The translations under genes were made by a program, and so were the position numbers. The notes under the pieces are model-generated. The model was not told where the DNA came from. It searched no databases and saw only the letters and a list, made by a program, of their open reading frames with translations. Positions 18,807 to 26,480 of a DNA stretch of 26,480 nt are shown in pieces (position 1 is the stretch's first letter; each line of letters begins with the position of its first letter). Source of the stretch: Cladosporium halotolerans (taxonomy: Eukaryota); contig NW_027191452.1 of assembly GCF_011745625.1 (NCBI RefSeq), forward strand, positions 1,364,001-1,390,480, given 5' to 3'.

Positions 18807-21674
18807 ATGCCTGCAAAGCGCCCCGGCGACGACGAAGGGGCGCCGCCCATGCCCGCGAAGTCGTCCAGGACCGACCTGCACATCGAGTACGACGCGAGCG
18901 CCGGCGCGCGCAGGAAGGGCGCCTCGAATCGCACCGGCCAAGCCTGCGACAGATGCAAGGTGCGCTCCCATACTGCCTGACTGCATGCTGACGCTGCCGT
19001 GTCTGACTTCTGACCCACGCGACAGGTGCGAAAGATTCGATGCGACCCCCAGCCCGGCGGCTGCTCGCCCTGCGCCCAGAACAACACCGAGTGCCGCACC
19101 ACCGACCGCATCACCGGCCTCGCCAGGTCGCGCGGCCACACCGAGAGCGTCGAGGGCGAGAACGCCTCCCTGCGCTCGCACATCGAGTCCCTCCAGAAGC
19201 AGCTGAGAGAGAAGGGCATTGAGCCCGTACACCCGCCCGGGAGCCATGCTGGATACGCGCCAGCGTCGACCGACGCCTTCGCTTCGCCCGTCGATCCAGG
19301 CTCGTCGTGGGGATCTTCGCTGCGAAAAGAGACCGGGCACCCGCATCCGGGCAGCCTGGGCGACAGCACGCCGACACAACCAGCGCTGCTGTCTGAGTTC
19401 CGCACGGGATGCATCGGCGACAACTACCTGGGCGTCTCGTCTGGCAACAGCTGGCTGAGCCCGATTGAGGGCACGTCGCTCTCGCTTTTCGGCTCGACAC
19501 TGGACCTCAACGAATTCATTCCCGAAGACAGAGTTGACTCCGGAACGTCCTATCAGAACTTCCTGGACCATGCTTTCATCGAGAAACAGAAAAATGCGCC
19601 CTCTCTTCCGCCATGGGAGACCGGCAAACTGTACGCGGAGTGGTACTTCCGATCCATCCAGCCCATGCTTCCTATCCTCCACAAACCGCATTTCATGCAG
19701 CTGCTCCATCGCGTCTACCACGAGCATTATCAGCCTGAGCCAGCCGAGACTGTCATGGTGCACATGGTGATGAGCTTGGTACAATTTCAGTACACCACGC
19801 GAAACAGCAACCCGCAACAACGCACTCAAAATTTTCAGCACTGGTTTTTCTCACTCTCTCTGGTTCCCCGACTCATCAAGGGACACACACTTCCCGACAT
19901 GCAAGCGCTCACCCTGATCTGCGCACAACTTCGCGCGTTTCCGCGGCCTGGTGCTTGCTGGATGTTCACGAACATGGTGCTGGGTCTTGCTATCGAACTA
20001 GGGCTTCATCGATCTGTCACAGCCTGGCAGGGCATGACCGCAAAGCAAGACTCGCATACCATTGAGATGCGGAAACGCATCTTCTGGAGTCTGCTGGAGA
20101 TGCACGTTCCTGTCAGTGGCAAGCTCGGCCGTCCCATGCCGCTTCGACCAGAGGATTTCGATATCGAGATTCCTGAAGAAATCCATGACAACCTCCCCGA
20201 AGAATCGCATTTCGACGACTGGCGAAAATGCTCGTTCCGTGCTGGCAAGTGGGGATTTGTCCTCCTGAAAGTCCAAATGAAGGTCTACAGTTCGATCTAT
20301 TCCATTGGGTCAACCAGTGCAAATTACGACGCGAACGTCAAAAGTTTGGAAGCAGAGCTGAGGCGTACCGTCGGCATGTTTCCCCCAGAGCTATCAGGTG
20401 GCCCAGAGACTAAAGACGAAGATCGCGTGTCTGCCTTGTACCTGCAGCTTGGTGCAACCGGATGTCAACTCCTCATACATCATCCTGCGCTGTGCCGCTC
20501 CTTGTCGCCAAAGGTCATGTCAGACAATACCGACGCGTGTCTTGACGCTAGCACCAAAATGCTGTCTATTGCTACGCAATTGAAAACTTTGAAAAGTTTG
20601 GATACGACTGTTTATTGGAATATGGACTTCCTGGCTTCCATGTTCACCATGCTTTTTGCTTACACGGAGCGACGCGATCGTCTTAACATGTCGGATTTGC
20701 AGCGTCTTCGCCAGGCCATGAAAGGCTGGCTGGACGTCATGGGCCTTGTTGGCAACCTTCTCGGCACTGGTGATCGTCTCCATGCTACTCTGCGAAACCT
20801 CGTCGAATGGTCCATCAACAACATCAGCCAGCACCTCGTTAAGAAGACCGCTTCTGCAGCTGTCGCGACCTCCAATGCCACACCGCCTGCCTCAGATGCC
20901 GGCTCGCAACAGCAGCCATCGCAGCCGCCTTCACAGCAACCTTCACAACCTCCGTCTCAGCCGCCATCACAGCCTCAACAGCCACCACAACAGCCTCTCA
21001 AACAAGCTACCGCTTACGAGAACAGCGGCGATTACAACAGGGGTTACGCTCGCGATCCGGTGCATGACTTGAACAACCATCGGCCCAGCCATCAGATGCA
21101 GCAACAGGCGCACACACAACCTCACCCGCAGCCTCCATCACAGCCGCAGCCACCACCGGCGGTGCAGCCGCAGCTACAAGCTCAACCTACCAGCAATGGA
21201 TATCCAAACAGTCAGCCTTATAGCTACGCAGACCACCACAACGGGAGTGTGGCTGCATACGCTCCCGCAGGTGTGCAGACATTTAACGCGCAGGCTTACC
21301 CTCGGGAAGATGTAAAGCCCAACATCGATGCGCAACTTGCTGCTCACGCGGCTCTGGCTCATCAGCAGGCACATCCTGTCTCTCAACCTTACATGGGTGG
21401 CTTCCAACCTGCATACTCGACCATCGACACGGTCGGTCCGCTGGCCTGGCGCAATTTTGCCGAGAACATGGTCACAGGCATGCACACCAGCGCTCCAGGC
21501 CTAGCCGATGGAAGCCTCGCCACCTACGCTGGCTTGATGACCGACCCTATGGGCAACACGACGCCTAAGGCCGGCGCTTTCATGTACGCGAACGGGGCCA
21601 GTTTTGGCCAGATGCAGATGCCAGCACAAGACGGGAGCAGCAACGTCCCAGAATGGCCTCTGATTCAGTACTAA
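18807..21674 (+). CDS. Zn(II)2Cys6 transcription factor with fungal-specific TF domain (related to the FacB/Cat8/Acu-15 group); exons 18807-18959 and 19026-21674
   Basis: A 66-nt intron (18960-19025, GTGCGC...CTGAC...ACAG) splits the cluster ACDRCK|VRKIRCDPQPGGCSPCAQNNTEC. A coiled coil follows, then the MHR motifs LAIELGLHRS and EMRKRIFWSL...GKLGRPMPLR, and a Q/P-rich C-terminus. Confidence 0.93.
20910..21000 (+). repeat. Coding low-complexity repeat (QPPS/QQPS units) in the Zn2Cys6 TF
   Basis: Translates as QQQPSQPPSQQPSQPPSQPPSQPQQPPQQP, with degenerate 12-nt units. Confidence 0.7.
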
Positions 21675-22168
21675 GATATCTCCTTGAATCAAGTCTGGAC
21701 CGGCATGGCCCGGAGGAACGATGCACATCGGAGCATCGGAAAGGCGTTCAAATTGGTATCATGCGGGCACGGTTGCGAGAGCGCTATTTGTACAGAGGGC
21801 GGTGTTTCATCGGGTCATATAGACATTATCAGGGAGATGATACCCAAGGGCCGGGACTTTCGATTTGGGGGCAGCTTGCAGGTTCTTTGCGATTCTTTGT
21901 TACTTTCTTAAATTAAAATGTGTATATTTTTCGAACCACGCGATATCACAGCATTTGTGACGTTTTGTTGTATCTGCGTCCGCCAGCCAGTAGGGCATCG
22001 CTCATTTGCAGAGCTAGGCGACGTCCGCGTTGCTGGAGGCTCAAGGCTCGGGTTCAGCCGCGCTTGGCGTTCCGAGCCCGCAAGATCGAAGGAGACAGCT
22101 CTGCTGCAGCTTGACAACCACATATCTGCCCCGATCTCCAATCCCACTCGACCAAACCAACCGCCGAC

Positions 22169-23259
22169 ATGTTCGCCCGTCGCGCCGTTTCCACCGTCGC
22201 CAGGCGCGCCGTCGTCGCGCGCCCCATGGTGCCGGCCCGCAGCTTCGCCAACAGCATGAGGAGATGTGAGTGCGCTTCCTCCCTCACGGATACAGACGGA
22301 GATAGCCATTGGAGCCATTGGTGGAAGAGGAAGAGTTCGGAGGGTTGAGAGAGGCTTGGGGACGGATATGGGAGGGTTTTTGGGCGTTTAGGAGGAATGC
22401 GTGCTGACGTAAACACAGTTGACAGCGGCACTCACGGCGACCCCAAGCCCGGCGAGCAGTCTAAGCACATGAAGCCTTTCGAGGGTATGCAGAAATCTCC
22501 TCCCGCCGAGATCAGAGAATATGCGACAAGCCACAAGCGACTTTTGGGCGGCTTCCAGGCACCATTGGACCCGCGACAGGGTCACGCGAAACGGCAGCAC
22601 AGGCTAACAACCACTCTTGCAGAGATCACCTCCGAGCACGACCTTATGCCTGAGGGCGGCAAGCCCGGTACCATCCCTACCGATCTTGAGCAGGCCACCG
22701 GTCTCGAGCGTCTTGAAATTCTCGGCAAGATGCAGGGCGTGGACATCTTCGACATGACTCCTCTCGATGCTAGCAGGAAGGGTACGTACAACTGCACCTG
22801 GCGACATAAGATGGGATATGGCTATACGGCGAGGGCTGCATTTTTTATGCGCTTCTCGTGGACCGAGCATGTCTTTTCACTCGCCGAAAGCCTCTCCATC
22901 AAGAGCCATTGTCCGCGTCTGCCCGGGACCGCAATGCTGACATCAGACCTCCAACAGGCACTCTCGAGGATCCCATCGTCGTCAAGTCTTTCGGTGACGA
23001 GCAGTACCTCGGCTGCACCGGCTACCCGGCCGACTCTCACGTCGTCATCTGGCTCACCACCTCCCGCGACCGCCCCATCGAGCGCTGCCCCGAATGCGGC
23101 TCCGTCTACAAGATGGAGTACGTCGGCCCACCCGAGAGCCACGACACCCACGGCCACAGCGAGCACGGCCACGACATTCACGACAGCTCCGACGGCGCCC
23201 ACAACTACGAGGGCGAGCCTAAGACCATGGCCGACTTCGTGCGTCCCGAGTACAGATAA
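22169..23259 (+). CDS. COX4: Cytochrome c oxidase subunit 4 (yeast Cox4 / COX5B family), mitochondrial precursor; exons 22169-22265, 22419-22484, 22623-22781, 22958-23259
   Basis: Arg-rich presequence MFARRAVSTVARRAVVARPMVPARSFANSMRR. Motif GTIPTDLEQATGLERLEILG. Zn-binding region LGCTGYPADSH...ERCPECGSVYK. Three GT-AG introns (22266-22418, 22485-22622, 22782-22957) with CTGAC/CTAAC branch sites give a continuous frame. Confidence 0.95.
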
Positions 23260-23759
23260 GCGTGAATTTTATGGGGAGAGTCCGGGTTGAGTGCCAGAAT
23301 AGCGGTGTTGTAGAATAGACCGGTGTAGCCGCTTGCAATGGGATCATGTACAGACTGATCTTTTGATTTACATTATCCGGCTCGTGAGTTACTTCCAAAA
23401 CTGGAAGCTGTGGTGCTATGTTCACAATTTGACAACAGCTCATTCCGCGGAGCTCCGATCAGCAGCGTCCACGACACTCTCGGTATCTACTCAAATGCCA
23501 TTATGCTTTTTATTATTCTCGTGACATGGAAATTTGACGAGCTTCGACGCGAGCTTGCTCATAGGACCGATTTGAATCCCGAATTCGCCCGTCCTCCGCC
23601 AGAATTGACTTCAATCTCGCTGATGGCAGACCCCACCTCCACACACTACTCCACACATCCCTTTAATGTTTACACACCAGTATATTTAAGCAATCAAGTC
23701 TCCCTATTGATCTCCAGTTTCCTTGCATCCCCATACACTATAGACCGTGTCATGGCGCC

Positions 23760-25262
23760 ATGCCTTCCTTCACCAAACCCTTCACCCAGTTCCGCATCCT
23801 CCTCATCCCAGCGATAGCCGCCTTCATCTACCTCTATTTCTACCCAGCCATCAACGATTGCGCTTTCGCGCCCGCGACAAGGACTAAATCTCAATGCGAC
23901 GCGTCCGGATGTAAAAACACTACTGTCAGCGCAGGCCTGCCGCCTTTCAGGCTCCTCGCGCTCGCGGATCCCCAGCTGGAGGGCGACACGAGCCTGCCAT
24001 CCGGCTGGAACGACGGTGCGTCAGCGAACCTGAAGAGGATAGGGGAGAATATCTTCGCGGGACGCTGGGATATCTTGAGGAGGGACTTGCCTGTGCTGCT
24101 GCAGGGCTATAGGAAGAAGCTGGATCTCTGGGGGAATGATAGGTATTTGGCGAATGTGTACCGGCAGACGAGGTGGTGGGCGGCCCCGACGCATACGGTC
24201 GTTCTGGGCGACTTGCTTGGGAGCCAGTGGATTGGGGACGAAGAGTTTGAGAGGCGGGCGAGGAGGTTCTGGGGCGTGGTGTTTGGAGGGGCGGAGAAGG
24301 TGCCTAAGAGTGTGACGGCGGCGGAGAGGAGAGTGGAGGTTCTTGGGGAGGATAAGAGTTGGAAGAGAAGGGTTATTGCTGTTGCTGGGAACCATGATGT
24401 TGGATACGCAGGGGATCTGAGCGAGGAGAGGATTGAGAGATTTGAGAGGTCGTTTGGTAAGGCCAACTGGGAGATCAGTTTTCGATTACCGAACGCGTCG
24501 CTCGATGGGGAGCTGGACTATGCTAGTAGGAAAACGCCGGATTTCTACGCTGGACCTGGGCCGCAGCCTGAGCTTCGCCTTGTTATCTTGAACTCTATGA
24601 ATCTGGATGAACCCACGCGGAGCCCGGCGATGCGGGAGCAGAGCTTGGAGTTCATGTCGAACAGTATCTGCGACTCAGATCGAATTGACACCAAGAACAC
24701 CGCGACGGTTCTTCTCACGCATATCCCCCTTCACAAGGCCAATGGTGTCTGCGTCGATGGACCATTCTTTTCCTACTTTTCCCCGGAGAACGGTGGTGGC
24801 ATTGCAGAGCAGAACCATCTAAGCGAAGACGTCACTCACCAGATATTCGACTGCCTCCTTAGAAACAAGCCTGCTGTGGTGCTCAATGGTCACGACCACG
24901 AAGGTTGCGATACGCAGCACTACCACAACCCAGAGAATATCAAAGAACGCAAGACAATTCGTCACAACGACTTGCCGTCTCTGACTCCTGAAGAGAAGCA
25001 ATCTGCTCTGCGCGAAATAACAGTACGCAGCATGATGGGCTCTTATGGCGGCTATGCAGGCTTCCTGTCTGGCTGGTACAACGAAGACCAAAGTAAATGG
25101 GAATTTGCATACGAGACTTGTGGGTTCGGAGTGCAACATATTTGGTGGGTTTGCACAATCGTTTTGTGCGTAGAGATTGGCCTTGCGGTCATGAGCGGCA
25201 TGGATGCTCTGACGCAGAAGCTGCTGGAGCCAGAGACACGGCGGAAAGTAAAGGAAGCTTGA
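23760..25262 (+). CDS. TED1: Ted1-like calcineurin-type metallophosphoesterase (GPI remodelling, MPPE1/PGAP5 family), 500 aa
   Basis: Metal-binding motifs LADPQLEGD, LGDLLGSQW, AGNHDVGY, LTHIPLH and NGHDHEGC. DLWGNDRYL and REITVRSMMG are typical of Ted1. N- and C-terminal hydrophobic helices. Confidence 0.85.
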   Translation: MPSFTKPFTQFRILLIPAIAAFIYLYFYPAINDCAFAPATRTKSQCDASGCKNTTVSAGLPPFRLLALADPQLEGDTSLPSGWNDGASANLKRIGENIFAGRWDILRRDLPVLLQGYRKKLDLWGNDRYLANVYRQTRWWAAPTHTVVLGDLLGSQWIGDEEFERRARRFWGVVFGGAEKVPKSVTAAERRVEVLGEDKSWKRRVIAVAGNHDVGYAGDLSEERIERFERSFGKANWEISFRLPNASLDGELDYASRKTPDFYAGPGPQPELRLVILNSMNLDEPTRSPAMREQSLEFMSNSICDSDRIDTKNTATVLLTHIPLHKANGVCVDGPFFSYFSPENGGGIAEQNHLSEDVTHQIFDCLLRNKPAVVLNGHDHEGCDTQHYHNPENIKERKTIRHNDLPSLTPEEKQSALREITVRSMMGSYGGYAGFLSGWYNEDQSKWEFAYETCGFGVQHIWWVCTIVLCVEIGLAVMSGMDALTQKLLEPETRRKVKEA

Positions 25263-26370
25263 TCTATTGGCTTTTTGTGTGTATTGCTAGCGTCATGTAC
25301 AATATCAACGATATTCTATTCAGTCGCCCTGGCCCCAAAGGTCAGTGGTTGATCCTCCTTCCTGTGGCCGGACCCACGAATACGGTGGCGGTGAGAAAGA
25401 TTGTAGGGCTGGAATCTGGCATCCCCGTCTTCAACCACGTAGATCCGCATTTCAGCAGATCCGGATTTTTGAAGCGGTGTACAAATACAGAGTTTGGCCC
25501 TTTCCCATCTTCGCAAACAATTTAGTTGGTCCGGCGCCGATGCTCAAGCCGGCCCTACCACGGGAATCAGGTCACAAGCAAACGGCCGATAGATCAGCTA
25601 AGTCCAGCCATTGCATTGACCTCGCCCTACGAACCTTCCGTTGCTTTCGGTTAGGAAGCCGTCTGCGCGTGGCGTTCAGGCCTTGGATAGGCGATGGAGG
25701 GATTTTGTGGATCTTGCCCGTCGTCAGCGTTCACATATCCACCATGGCTGTCTTCAGCAATAGGCCTCCCCAGGCTTCCACGATCTCCTCGCCAGCAGCA
25801 TTTGAGCCATAATTCGTTTCCTATTCATCTTCTCGGCCTCCAATGCCGCCTCTGGCGCCGCTGCGTCCACGGTCAACCGTCCCCCACCAATGGCTGGGGT
25901 TCGACGCCTTCACAGCGCCACTACATCAACCATACTCAGGCTTTCACTGTCCTGAACGCCGGCATTGCTCGTACTTGCGAGACTGGGTAAGGTTCCTTTT
26001 GTATATGTCATTCTGCAGTTCCTGCACCCGTGGCCTCCAATCTTTTAGAACACGGGGGGACTCTTGACCCAGTATTCTCTTGTGAACTGAGATAATGCCG
26101 GGGTTCTTATTGGCGAAGTCTGCTTAAATTTCAAGCTGAGATATGGTGCTGTTGTCAAGCTCGCTTTATCTCTGGGCCTGTTGCTGCTTGTTTGCTTCTT
26201 GTTCCGGACCCGCCCGATTCCAATGTCCCTATGCTCTTGCTTTCCGTTCTCCGCTGCGTGGCTTACTTTACACTGACATGGTATATGTGTTCTTGAAAAC
26301 ATCGCCGTCATGGATCCCGCGGCACAGCTCGTCGCCTTCATTCCATAGATCTTGAATCTTGAATATTCAG

Positions 26371-26444
26371 AATCAGGTGAAGCTCAATCAGGAATCAAAT
26401 CAGTCAGGTGGGCGCTCAATCAGAAATCAATCAGCAATCAGGTG
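26371..26444. repeat. Short degenerate tandem repeat / AATCAG motif cluster
   Basis: AATCAG at 26371, 26386, 26398, 26418, 26429 and 26436. CAGGTG at 26374, 26405 and 26439. About 2.5 copies of a ~31-34-bp unit. Confidence 0.7.
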
Positions 26445-26480
26445 TCATTCAGCCATCGTTGTCATCGCTGTCTGTGCCGT

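Noticed and set aside
18147..18980. 277-aa ORF as an N-terminal extension of the Zn2Cys6 TF
   Set aside because: It begins at a non-ATG codon antisense to CGI121 and crosses the promoter. ATG 18807 is the plausible start.
18584..19841. Long antisense ORFs (415 aa and 279 aa), and similar shadow ORFs over PIB1, the MFS gene and SLX4
   Set aside because: These are expected by-products of GC-rich codon bias on the opposite strand of well-supported genes, with no recognisable domains.
22397..23290. 297-aa ORF as a single-exon gene
   Set aside because: It is a read-through of COX4 exons 2-3 and introns 2-3; the spliced model restores the conserved protein.
12199..25262. Functional gene cluster (SLX4+CGI121 genome/telomere maintenance; PEBP-GPI+TED1)
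   Set aside because: These are unrelated housekeeping genes, and nothing in the sequence indicates co-regulation or a biosynthetic cluster.

Overview
Eukaryotic, intron-containing DNA from a filamentous ascomycete. Dothideomycetes is likely, but that is inferred from gene style only. Nine protein-coding genes are supportable: the 3' part of a probable fungal transcription factor, a FYVE+RING E3 ligase (PIB1-like), an MFS transporter, SLX4, a secreted GPI-anchored PEBP-like protein with a GC-AG intron, the KEOPS subunit CGI121, a Zn2Cys6 transcription factor, COX4 (COX5B family) and a TED1-like metallophosphoesterase. Between the MFS gene and SLX4 lies a ~5.5-kb stretch with no intact recognisable gene. 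It contains broken protein-like frames, a ~480-nt densely hairpinned segment (8599-9075) and a diverged ~177-bp tandem array (~9400-9980). The hairpinned segment has G-U pairs favouring the + strand, a possible pseudoknot, a tRNA T-arm/B-box-like fragment and an Sm-site-like motif. This segment and the adjacent array are the best candidates for something undescribed, but I could not identify either. All pairings and splice sites were read by eye; no folding or database search was run.
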